A stretch of DNA of 32,000 bases from Nitrosococcus oceani ATCC 19707 (GTDB lineage Bacteria; Pseudomonadota; Gammaproteobacteria; Nitrosococcales; Nitrosococcaceae), in the NCBI RefSeq assembly GCF_000012805.1, contig NC_007484.1:420001-452000 (forward strand). Direction: 5' to 3'. Shown here in pieces: positions 1 to 8,171 of the stretch; within the stretch, counting starts at the first letter, position 1; every line of letters begins with the position of its first letter. The position numbers and the translations under genes are program-made. Under the pieces are notes generated by a model. It was not told where the DNA came from, ran no database searches, and saw only the letters and a program-made list of their open reading frames with translations.

Positions 1-1213
1 GGTGCTGATAAGTCTTATGGCTGGACTCTGCGGAATACATTCCGATACCAATCCCCTTATTGAGCCGCTCCCGAGGTTTCAAACCATGGCGGCGCTTGCG
101 TTCAATATCCGAACGTAAACGAATGGTACCGAAGCGTTCAATGAGGGGCTGGCTCAAGGTGGTTTTGCCGCTACCAGAGAGACCATGGGTAATGAGCAAA
201 AAAGATCTGGCCGGTTGGATATAATGTAAGGCCAGATTCAGATAATCACGGCAGCGTTCTTTGATAGCCTGGGTTTCTGGGGGCGTTTGTCCTAGGCGGA
301 TAGCAGTGACTTTGGCTCGGACCAGGGCGCGATAAACCTGGTAGTAAGCAAGCACCGCCAAGCCTGGATAGTCGCCACTGTGCTCCAGATAACTATTCAA
401 ACAACGGTGGGCTAAATCCGGGCGACCCCGATTCTCCAGATCCATGATCAGGAAGGCGAGCTCGCTCATGACATCGATCCAGCGCAGGTTCTCATTAAAC
501 TCAATCCCATCAAAGATGATGAATTTACCCTCTCTTAAGGCGATATTCCCCAGATGTAAATCGCCGTGACATTCTCGTACAAAGCCCGCCTTTTTACGAC
601 CGGTAAATTCTGCTTGCAGTTGCTGCCATTTTTTCTCCGTCCAGTGCCGGAGGCGAGCCAATTTTTTTTGATCCTCCGCTTCTTTAAGGAAGATTTCCAT
701 CTGTTGAAAGTTTTCCAGGGCTGGCTGTCCTATGGTTTTGGGCGCACCATAGGGGCTGTCCTGGGGAGCGATTGCAACATTTTGATGAAATGCAGCGACT
801 TTACCAGCTAAGTCTTCCACCTGCTTCGGGGATAAGTCACCCCGCTGCAAACAGTAGTCCAAGCGGGTCTGCTGGGGAAATTGGATCATTTTGACCGCGT
901 ATTCTATCGGGATACCGGTTCCCCCGAGATGGGGTTGGGCCGTACTACCGGTGATAGGCACTACCTCCAGGTAAATTTCGGGAGCAAGCCGGCGGTTGAT
1001 TCGCAGCTCCTCATCACAATAGTGACGGCGCTTGTCCAGGGTAGAAAAATCAAGAAAACCTAGATCAAGGGGTTTTTTAATTTTGTAGGCATAGGGTCCA
1101 GTAAGCACTACCCAGGAAATGTGGGTCTCAATCATGGTCAGATTTTCCACAGCATGATGGTAAATCCCAGGCTGCTGCAAGTGCTCAATCAGTGTGTCTA
1201 TCTGTCCAGCCAT
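1..1213 (-). CDS. Bifunctional kinase-like protein: N-terminal aminoglycoside-phosphotransferase-type kinase fold plus C-terminal P-loop ATP-binding domain. The 3' end runs off the window.
   Basis: Absent from the ORF track because there is no stop in the window. My own minus-strand translation from ATG 1213..1211 stays open to position 1 (MAGQIDTLIEHLQQPGIYHH...). It contains the kinase catalytic-loop-like 'CHGDLHLGN' and the Walker A motif 'GLSGSGKTT'. Confidence 0.7.
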   Translation of the reverse strand, partial: MAGQIDTLIEHLQQPGIYHHAVENLTMIETHISWVVLTGPYAYKIKKPLDLGFLDFSTLDKRRHYCDEELRINRRLAPEIYLEVVPITGSTAQPHLGGTGIPIEYAVKMIQFPQQTRLDYCLQRGDLSPKQVEDLAGKVAAFHQNVAIAPQDSPYGAPKTIGQPALENFQQMEIFLKEAEDQKKLARLRHWTEKKWQQLQAEFTGRKKAGFVRECHGDLHLGNIALREGKFIIFDGIEFNENLRWIDVMSELAFLIMDLENRGRPDLAHRCLNSYLEHSGDYPGLAVLAYYQVYRALVRAKVTAIRLGQTPPETQAIKERCRDYLNLALHYIQPARSFLLITHGLSGSGKTTLSQPLIERFGTIRLRSDIERKRRHGLKPRERLNKGIGIGMYSAESSHKTYQH

Positions 1214-1261
1214 CGCTTGTTTCCTTGTAGGGTTGCCAAACCAGTCGCTTCCGGGCTGTTT

Positions 1262-2377
1262 TTATGCATCCTCCTGGATAATAGGCGTCCAACCATCACC
1301 CCACACTTGGAAAGCCGCCCAATGGTAGGGCTGCGCGAAAGGCCGTTGGTCAAGTTCCCCTTCGTCTCCAAGCTTATCGGATGCATTTAGAACTGCCTGC
1401 TCCTCCAGCTCCTCACGAATCTGCTTCCAGGTCGCGGTTCGCGTATCCGCTTGCGCTTGTTGCAAGGCCCTATCGGGCGGGTGCGCTTGGCAGAGCAAGT
1501 GGTAATAAAACCGGCTCATTAAAAACGCTGTGGAGAGATCCGCCACACTCCACAGGGACGCCACCACGGTTGGCACCCCCGCTCCCAAAAGGCCGCCCGG
1601 TAGCCCAACGGCTTCCTCGGCCTGCTCCCTGACCTCGGTGATGCCGGTTTGGCAGGCGCTCAGTGTCACCAGCCGCGCCCCGGTGAAATCGACCTTGCCT
1701 TGATAGAGATGCAACAGGGTCAAATGACCCGGCTCGCCTCCCTCAACCGTGGGCTCCCCCTCGGCCGGATGAAGTTCCAGCGCGGATAACAGGGGGCTAC
1801 CCCAGTGATATCGGCCGTGGCATGAAAAGTGATTGAAGGTAGCTCCAGCCAGATTCTCTGCCAGGGCCGGGAGGGTAGCTTCTTTGCCCCGTAGCCGCGT
1901 GGTCCGCTCAGCGCCGGCATAATGGGCAATGCGGGCCACTTCAAGGGACGTGTATGGGAGCTGAGGATCGTTGCGGGGGTTCTCTAAAGCCACCAGCCTC
2001 CAAGATTGTTCGGACCCCCTCGCGTGTTGGCGATTCTCCGCTAAGAATACCGCACTCGGGGTGACTGAGACGGCCATCCGCTCACTCAAGGTAGTCATTG
2101 CCCCGTTCCCGGCTGGAAAAGGTGCCGCCTCCAAGGGTAGCAGATGGAGTCCGCCATGGGTGACAAGGAGAAGGCGCTTTGCCTCGCCGAGGTGTTCCGC
2201 CACGGGGGCGAGCAACTCTTTACCTACACGCCTCAGTAGATGTTGCATCGCATAACCATGACGCCACACCTCCGGGTCCACTACCCCCGCAAACCAACCG
2301 CCGATGATTTCTCCCGAAGGCTCATCCGTTCTCAAGAGCCACTCCTCCCAGAGCCGCTCTTCGGTCACGCTCTCCAT
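1262..2377 (-). CDS. CHAT (caspase-like protease) domain; C-terminal portion of a TPR-CHAT protein
   Basis: ORF track, 371 aa. His/Cys dyad contexts 'FSCHGRY' and 'LSACQTG' are typical of CHAT/caspase folds. It overlaps the upstream TPR ORF by 13 nt in a different frame. Confidence 0.8.
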   Translation of the reverse strand: MESVTEERLWEEWLLRTDEPSGEIIGGWFAGVVDPEVWRHGYAMQHLLRRVGKELLAPVAEHLGEAKRLLLVTHGGLHLLPLEAAPFPAGNGAMTTLSERMAVSVTPSAVFLAENRQHARGSEQSWRLVALENPRNDPQLPYTSLEVARIAHYAGAERTTRLRGKEATLPALAENLAGATFNHFSCHGRYHWGSPLLSALELHPAEGEPTVEGGEPGHLTLLHLYQGKVDFTGARLVTLSACQTGITEVREQAEEAVGLPGGLLGAGVPTVVASLWSVADLSTAFLMSRFYYHLLCQAHPPDRALQQAQADTRTATWKQIREELEEQAVLNASDKLGDEGELDQRPFAQPYHWAAFQVWGDGWTPIIQEDA

Positions 2378-3687
2378 CCAGACCGCTTCAACGCCCCTTG
2401 CCCCGCCGGCAGCACCAGGGCGAGGGTGCCCGCCTCGGTGACTGCAAATTCCACCAGGGCGGCGTCTTGGCCGGGAAGCACCGCGCGAATGTCATGGAGA
2501 TCCACGGACGCGCGCAGAAAATTCGGCTTTAACACGCGGATTTGTTGCGCTTCCTGCTCCAGACCCTGGCGGGCCTGGCGCGTTTTATCCGCTAGATCGG
2601 CCGGGCGTTCCTCCTCGGGCCGCCGCCATTCCGCTTCTAAATCGCGGACCCGCTGCGCGGCTTGCAAAAAAGCGGCCCTTCTCTGCTCTGGAAGGTCTTC
2701 CAGATCGGCCCGATCCCGGCCTGCCCGGTAACGCAGCTCCCGGGCCCGGCCTTCTTCTAGAATCGCCAGCGCCTTATCAGGTCTGCCCAGTTGCGCCTGG
2801 GCAAACGCGCAGTGGGCATATAACATTTCCGATGTGCCAATCTCCCGTTCCCGAACTTCCGGATCATGTAAGCTAATATCAAACAAGATCCGGGAAGCCG
2901 CAAGCCCTTCCTCACTCGCATCCAGGGCCGCCTGCCACCGGCCTGCCTTAAGTAAAGCTGCGCTTTGACCGAGTCGAACCTGACGCGCCGCTTCAGGATT
3001 CGTATCGGTCGTGTAAATGCGAGCGGCCTCGCCATAGGCTTCAAGGGCCCGCTCCAAGTTCTCCGCCCCCGCGCTCCGAATGCGATCTCGATAGGCGTTG
3101 CCCAGACTATGCTGGGTCATAGCCCAGTCCTCGGGGAAAGCATCGCGGGTGTAGATTGTAAGGGCGGCCTCATAAGCTTCAAGGGCCCGCTCCAGATTCT
3201 CCGCCTGCGCACCCCGGATGCGCTTGCCATAGGCGTTGCCCAGGTTATGCTGGGTCATGGCCCACTGCTCGGGGAAATCGTTTCGGGTCCGGATCTCAAG
3301 GGCGGCCTGATAAGCCTGGATGGCTTTTTCCAGGTTCTCCGCCCCCACGCCCCGAATGCGCTTGCCATAGGCGTTGCCCAGGTTATGCTGGGTCGTGGCC
3401 CACTGCTCGGGGAAATCGTTTCGGGTCCGGATCTCAAGGGCAGCCTGATAAGCCTGGATGGCTTGCTCAAGATTATAGGCCCGGGAGGAGCCCATCGATG
3501 ATGTTGCCAACGCATTGCCTAATTCGCCTTGCAAGGAGGCAACCAACTCAGGCTTCTCGTCCTTGAGCTGCCGCAACACATCTTCGAGCGCCTGGATACG
3601 GGTAAGCTGTAATGGGACGGCTTCTGAAGGCATCGATTGCAAAAACTGCCACGCGCAGGCGGCGCGCAAGCTAAGCGGTGCCAACAA
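2365..3687 (-). CDS. Tetratricopeptide-repeat region; N-terminal portion of the same TPR-CHAT protein
   Basis: ORF track, 440 aa. It has near-identical tandem TPR units ('...AIQAYQAALEIRTRNDFPEQWA.TQHNLGNAYGKRIRG...', about 3 copies plus variants). Its C-terminal 'DAALVEFAVTEAGTLALVLPAGQG' looks like the usual start of a CHAT domain. The frame stays open upstream as far as an in-frame TGA at 3802..3804. Confidence 0.75.
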   Translation of the reverse strand: MLAPLSLRAACAWQFLQSMPSEAVPLQLTRIQALEDVLRQLKDEKPELVASLQGELGNALATSSMGSSRAYNLEQAIQAYQAALEIRTRNDFPEQWATTQHNLGNAYGKRIRGVGAENLEKAIQAYQAALEIRTRNDFPEQWAMTQHNLGNAYGKRIRGAQAENLERALEAYEAALTIYTRDAFPEDWAMTQHSLGNAYRDRIRSAGAENLERALEAYGEAARIYTTDTNPEAARQVRLGQSAALLKAGRWQAALDASEEGLAASRILFDISLHDPEVREREIGTSEMLYAHCAFAQAQLGRPDKALAILEEGRARELRYRAGRDRADLEDLPEQRRAAFLQAAQRVRDLEAEWRRPEEERPADLADKTRQARQGLEQEAQQIRVLKPNFLRASVDLHDIRAVLPGQDAALVEFAVTEAGTLALVLPAGQGALKRSGWRA

Positions 3688-3972
3688 ATTGATGGCATGG
3701 TAATTTATCCATGCCGCCAGGAAGATTTCCTCGGAGCTTTTACCAGCCTTGCGCCAGTGTTCAATCTCATCATTAAAGGCGTTAATCTCATGGGTCTGGA
3801 GTCAGCCTGCCTGGATAGCTTCTTCTAGCTGTGCGAAAATCTCCTCTACGGGGAGAGTGCCGGCAAGTACTGCCTTATAAAGTTCCCTTAATTTACTCAT
3901 AGACGCCCCTCAGCGCGGATACAATTAATCGTTGATAGGAGAAGGCGCTTTGTCATCCAGCAGAGAAGGGCC

Positions 3973-5256
3973 TCAATAGATAATTTGCGCCAGCCACCCT
4001 GGCCCCCATTGTAAGACCCCGGCGAGGGCCACCGCCATCACGACCACACCGATAAGCAGTCCCAAGGCGGCCCGTTCCCCCCACTTGCTGAGGGCGTAGT
4101 AGGTGGCGAAAACGGCCGCACCGCTGACCCCCAGGCCCCACAACAGCTTCCCGAGCGGATGAATGCTTTGCTGAGAATGCTTGCCAATCACCAGCCCCCA
4201 GGCCGCGAGCACATAGTAGAGCACCACGACAAATTCCACCGTGTGCGCGGCCGCCAGTAGCATTTCCGAGCGCCGTGCGGTTTCAAGCTGCATTTCCCGT
4301 TGGGCCTGCTGGGTCATGCGCTCCAGCTCAGCCGTTCTTTCTCGCAAAATGCCTGCTTCCGCATCAAGAATTTCCTCGAAACCAAGCAGGCTGTTTTTCA
4401 TTTCCGCGATAAGGCCCTGATCGGATCTAAAGACCCCCGCTAAGGCGCGCTGCAGATTCAATCGCGCCTTTTTAAGATTGATGCTTGCCAAGGAAACGGG
4501 TTTGAGCAGCCCATTAAGCGCCCGACCGGCTCTGGTGAGCGCGGGCAGGAGCGGCTGATGAGAGGAAGTGGCAGCAGCATAGGCTTGCCCGATGTCGCGC
4601 TCCAACTGCTGCTCCAACTGCGCCAGTGCCTTTCGGTGCCGTTGGTAGTCCTGCCATTGGTCCATGCCTTTGGTGAGGTGATAGAGCGCGTGCGCGAAAA
4701 TTTCCCAGGAGATAAATTGCTCCCCGGCCTGTAAACACTCGGCCTTGAGGGCCAGTAAAAAGGGGCCTTCTATTTTCGGCGCCCACAGACTTCCCCAGGG
4801 TGCCTGGGCGGAAAGTGTGAGCGCAGAGGCTAACGTGTGCTCGGCCTGGGGCATTAACCGCTCGGCCTCGCCCAGTCCGATGAGGACGTGGGCTTTACCC
4901 TGAAGATGCTCTGGCGCGATAGACTCCAGCAAGGGCGCGATGGTTGCCAGCGCCTCATCCCAAACAGCCTTAGCCGTCGTAAAATCGGGTGGGCGGTCTA
5001 AGGTGAGAATAACAATCTCGGCCTCGTGGGCCTCAATCCAGACCAATTCGTGGCCGGCGTGGTCATTGTACTTATGGGCTCTAAACCCCGAATCACGGGT
5101 TGTATCCAGCCCGAGGGCGGCGCTCGCCTGGGTTACGAATGCCTTGGCGGACTGGTAGCCTGGGCTTTTTTCCTCACGCGCCTGGTCTTGATCCGCTAAA
5201 AAGAAAACATACTGGACAAGGGCGCCGGGATTGCTGGCTCGAGTGGCGGCCGTCAT
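3973..5256 (-). CDS. Hypothetical protein: N-terminal soluble domain, central coiled-coil, three C-terminal transmembrane helices. Possible CHAT/TPR-associated (CATRA-like) partner.
   Basis: ORF track, 427 aa. Hydrophobic stretches 'VEFVVVLYYVLAAWGLVIG', 'LLWGLGVSGAAVFATYYAL' and 'LGLLIGVVVMAVALAGVL' sit at the C-terminus. The start overlaps the stop of the upstream gene (ATGA at 5253..5256). It lies directly upstream of the TPR-CHAT gene. Confidence 0.7.
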   Translation of the reverse strand: MTAATRASNPGALVQYVFFLADQDQAREEKSPGYQSAKAFVTQASAALGLDTTRDSGFRAHKYNDHAGHELVWIEAHEAEIVILTLDRPPDFTTAKAVWDEALATIAPLLESIAPEHLQGKAHVLIGLGEAERLMPQAEHTLASALTLSAQAPWGSLWAPKIEGPFLLALKAECLQAGEQFISWEIFAHALYHLTKGMDQWQDYQRHRKALAQLEQQLERDIGQAYAAATSSHQPLLPALTRAGRALNGLLKPVSLASINLKKARLNLQRALAGVFRSDQGLIAEMKNSLLGFEEILDAEAGILRERTAELERMTQQAQREMQLETARRSEMLLAAAHTVEFVVVLYYVLAAWGLVIGKHSQQSIHPLGKLLWGLGVSGAAVFATYYALSKWGERAALGLLIGVVVMAVALAGVLQWGPGWLAQIIY

Positions 5257-5639
5257 TTTTTATGCTCATGCTTATTTTCTTTCTTATCCGCAAGACATGC
5301 CTTCGCCTTCTGCACCACCTCGGCAAACCGTATTCGTCTATTTTCGGGAAAATTCTTTGGATCGCTGGGCGGCGTGTCGGTTATCCTAACCGGCGTGTGC
5401 ACCGGGTTAGGGCGGGGCATATCAAACCCTAGCTGGCGCGCCTCCTGGCCGATGATATCTAATACCTTTTCGGATACCTGTACCGCGGCCTCAAAGCGCA
5501 AGTCTCGCCCCGCACCGGCATCTTCCAACACCCGACGCAAGCGGGCACGCTGTTCTACCGAAAGGTTGTTAATAATTTCCTCTAGGTCGGCTTTCTGTAA
5601 CCCTATCAACCAGAAGAAAACGGGCGTAGCTTCATTCAT
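5253..5639 (-). CDS. Small hypothetical protein, first gene of the TPR-CHAT operon
   Basis: ORF track, 128 aa. It is translationally coupled to the next gene by a 4-nt overlap. I recognise no motif. Confidence 0.55.
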   Translation of the reverse strand: MNEATPVFFWLIGLQKADLEEIINNLSVEQRARLRRVLEDAGAGRDLRFEAAVQVSEKVLDIIGQEARQLGFDMPRPNPVHTPVRITDTPPSDPKNFPENRRIRFAEVVQKAKACLADKKENKHEHKK

Positions 5640-5945
5640 TCTTATCCTCAGTCATCCGATGCCCTCTAATAACCGCCGCGCCTTGATAGGGGCAGGGTCG
5701 GTAGGGCTAATAAACGAGGCCGGAGCGGCTTATTGGCCCCGTGTGCCGCCAGCCATTACCCCCATACATAAGCCTGAGTAGCCGTCCCCGGTTCCGGTTA
5801 ATGATAGCCCCAGAAGCGCAGCGTATCACTTTTTAACCCTTAATGGGCAGCCCCCATGCTTTTGGCGCGCTGCGCCAAATCAAGTGGCGCGCCAATTCGG
5901 CCCGTCCCTCATCTCATACAGAAACGGGATAAACATCCGTGTGTA

Positions 5946-6236
5946 ATGATCCGCGCCACGCTGGATCAATACTTGGAAGAAGACAGGGTATCGGCCAAGA
6001 CGCTTCACGATGAAGCTAAGCAGCGCCACGGCGATGACTACCGCACGCCGGGTTATTACTTGCGCCTGTATCGTCACCGTGCCGAACGGACCCAAGCCGA
6101 GCTAGCCGAGAAGACCGGCCTCCGCCAGCACCATCTCTCCGAGATGGAACACCACAAGGGCGTGATCGGCAACGCCAACGCCAACGCGAAGAAACTGGCA
6201 CCGATCCTGGACTGCGATTACCGAAAGCTGCTGTAG
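5946..6236 (+). CDS. XRE-family helix-turn-helix transcriptional regulator
   Basis: The ORF track frame is 5856..6236. I prefer the ATG at 5946 (MIRATLDQYLEE...). The HTH signature is 'RTQAELAEKTGLRQHHLSEMEHHK'. It is divergent from the TPR-CHAT operon. Confidence 0.6.
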   Translation: MIRATLDQYLEEDRVSAKTLHDEAKQRHGDDYRTPGYYLRLYRHRAERTQAELAEKTGLRQHHLSEMEHHKGVIGNANANAKKLAPILDCDYRKLL

Positions 6237-6266
6237 CGCCGGACTGATGTGGCAAGTGTTTTTGGT

Positions 6267-6416
6267 ATGGCCGAAGTTAATAAAGATATACTTAACCAAG
6301 TATGGAACGGTGATATTGACTTTGCCGAGTATGTTCAACGCCACCAAAAATCTAGTGAAGAAGAAGCGGGAGGTACCAAGACATTGGCCGCCTACTTTGC
6401 CAAGGAAAGCAAATGA
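6267..6416 (+). CDS. Possible 49-aa small ORF (MAEVNKDILNQVWNGDIDFAEYVQRHQKSSEEEAGGTKTLAAYFAKESK)
   Basis: My own reading, below the ORF-track size cutoff. It is followed by the hairpin GGTGTTT-atc-AAACACC. No homology recognised. Confidence 0.2.
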   Translation: MAEVNKDILNQVWNGDIDFAEYVQRHQKSSEEEAGGTKTLAAYFAKESK

Positions 6417-6787
6417 AATAGGTGTTTATCAAACACCACCCCGCGATATCCCACTCACCGGTCCTATCACCGGTAGATGGCCTAGAAAGGGCGTATGTCC
6501 TGAAACGGCTTTAACGGCCGCTGGTGACGTTTTTGGTCAGAGAGCAGTAGAGTGTGTCCCTTTTATCCGCTCTACGGGCCATACAGCGCCTCTGAGGCGT
6601 ATTCATCCCTCGCTTGCTCGGGAAGAGGCAGCTTTATGGCCGACCCTATCCTCCTAGGACGCCTTCCCGTTTTAAGTTCCCGTTAAAACCCAACACGCTT
6701 TACCAGCTTGTGGGGTTGAACCCCCCTTTTCAATGCCCGGCTTGGGAGAAAAAACCAGCGCCCGCGGGTTTATAGCTAAATCTATAA

Positions 6788-7312
6788 TTACTGATACGCT
6801 GCAACGATATTCTCAAGGGTTTCGTGTTCGTTGTATTCTCTGATTTTTTTGATATTTCCGAAGTCTTTTTCTATGGGGTTAAAGTCAGGGGAATAAGGGG
6901 GGAGGAATAAAATTCCCGCCCCTGTTTTTTTGATGATTTCACGTGAAGAAACGGCTTTGTGGAACGGAACATTATCCATGATGACAATGTGGTTGCTGTT
7001 GAGCAAGGGGCAAAGCTCTTTTTCCAGCCATGCATTGAACACAGCCGTGTTACAGGTTCCCTCAAATAGAAACGGCGCTTCAAAGCCTTCATCCATACGG
7101 GCGGCCAATAAAGAGGTTCGCGGTCTGCGATGACCGGAGATCAGACCATAAACACGCCGCCCCTTTGGAGCGTAAGCGTAACGACGGGAAACCTCCGGCT
7201 CAAAACCGCTTTCATCAAGATAGACAAATCTTTTGCCGCGGCGGCGATAGCGTTCACGAAGGCGAAGAAAGCTCTTTCTTTTCATATTACAGCGCTGCGT
7301 GTACCCCGTCAT
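6788..7312 (-). CDS. IS630-family transposase, DDE catalytic part
   Basis: ORF track, 174 aa. DDE contexts: 'VYLDESGF', 'IVIMDNVPFHK', 'YSPDFNPIEKDF'. Confidence 0.8.
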   Translation of the reverse strand: MTGYTQRCNMKRKSFLRLRERYRRRGKRFVYLDESGFEPEVSRRYAYAPKGRRVYGLISGHRRPRTSLLAARMDEGFEAPFLFEGTCNTAVFNAWLEKELCPLLNSNHIVIMDNVPFHKAVSSREIIKKTGAGILFLPPYSPDFNPIEKDFGNIKKIREYNEHETLENIVAAYQ

Positions 7313-7622
7313 TTTTTTTACGGGTTAACCCCATTTTGTGCATCGCATGCCAAATACAGTAATACGAAACGCCAAAATGCCGGGCGCGTTCTTTATAGGT
7401 GAGAGCAGCCTTGTCTTCCACATGGACCCGTAAAGCCTCCCAGTCCAGCTTGTGTGAACGGCGAGGGCCGGGACGCTCGTAACACAGCGCATCATCCTGC
7501 GACAACCAGCGATAAATGCTCGCGCGGCCTACCTGAAATCTCCGGGCCGCTTCCGCCTTGCTTCCACCGCCCCTTACAAAATCGATTACTCGTTTGCGCA
7601 AATCAATTGAACATCTCATCAC
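7287..7622 (-). CDS. IS630-family transposase, N-terminal HTH part (upstream frame of a probable programmed frameshift)
   Basis: ORF track, 111 aa; 'GGSKAEAARRFQVGRASIYRW' HTH. The frame ends at an A-run (minus-strand 'AAAAAAAA', + coordinates about 7312..7319), where the DDE frame takes over. Confidence 0.75.
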   Translation of the reverse strand: MMRCSIDLRKRVIDFVRGGGSKAEAARRFQVGRASIYRWLSQDDALCYERPGPRRSHKLDWEALRVHVEDKAALTYKERARHFGVSYYCIWHAMHKMGLTRKKNDGVHAAL

Positions 7623-7760
7623 AACAGTATGAATGAATATAACACAAATGTCTCAATATTTATAAATTTAGATATAATTGAGCGCGGGGACTGCCTGCTT
7701 TAGCTGGCAGCGGAAGCGCTCACCTCCTGTAGTGAAGTTATTGAAGTAAGTTTCTGGCGA

Positions 7761-8171
7761 ATGCATCATAGCCAGATGAGTAGATACGCCAAAAATGCCG
7801 GGGCGGTTTTTAGTCTTAAATTGCACCTTGTGTGGTGCCCCAAATATCGCCGCGGGGTTCTTGTGGGTGAGATTGCCGAACGCCTTTGTGCCTTGCTCCA
7901 CAAGAAGGCGGATGAACTTGAAATGACAATTCATGCTTTGGAAGTTATGCCGGATCATGTCCACCTGTTCGTTGAGTTTGATCCTCGTTGGGGTGTGGCG
8001 GAAATGGTTAACAGGTTCAAAGGCTCCACGAGCAAGGAATTGCGAAAAGAATTTCCTATCCTCCGATCCAGGCTTCCCACACTTTGGAATCGTAGTTACT
8101 ACGCCGGGACCGTAGGCCACGTATCCGAAAGCACTGTTCGCGCTTACATCGAAAACCAGAAAGGCAAGTAG
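7761..8171 (+). CDS. tnpA: IS200/IS605-family Y1 (HUH) transposase TnpA
   Basis: ORF track, 136 aa; 'LHLVWCPKYRR', 'MPDHVHLFV' (HUH) and 'SYYAGTVG' (catalytic Tyr region). Confidence 0.85.
   Translation: MHHSQMSRYAKNAGAVFSLKLHLVWCPKYRRGVLVGEIAERLCALLHKKADELEMTIHALEVMPDHVHLFVEFDPRWGVAEMVNRFKGSTSKELRKEFPILRSRLPTLWNRSYYAGTVGHVSESTVRAYIENQKGK

Larger units (their letters stand above)
6770..7677 (-). mobile_element. IS630-family insertion sequence
   Basis: Imperfect terminal inverted repeats: 6768..6790 'gtttatagctaaatctataatta' versus 7657..7679 'tatttataaatttagatataatt' (about 18/23 complementary by eye). They enclose a two-frame DDE transposase. The ends sit in TA-rich sequence, as expected for TA-targeting IS630/Tc1 elements. 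Confidence 0.7.

Noticed and set aside
2240-3501. ORFs 2240-2731(+), 2965-3501(+), 2757-3044(-) and 3255-3515(-) inside the TPR-CHAT gene. Similar antisense or overlapping ORFs occur in 3953-5432, 12436-13414, 13755-14625, 15348-15692, 16401-16685, 22672-23453 and 25874-26197.
   Set aside because: They are alternative-frame or antisense ORFs within GC-rich genes that have clear domain signatures, which is typical of shadow ORFs.
6247-6657. 136-aa + strand ORF
   Set aside because: Its composition is odd (Pro/Arg/Thr-rich), it has no RBS, and it spans a hairpin-rich non-coding-looking stretch. Only the first ~50 codons in another frame (6267-6416) look even marginally gene-like.
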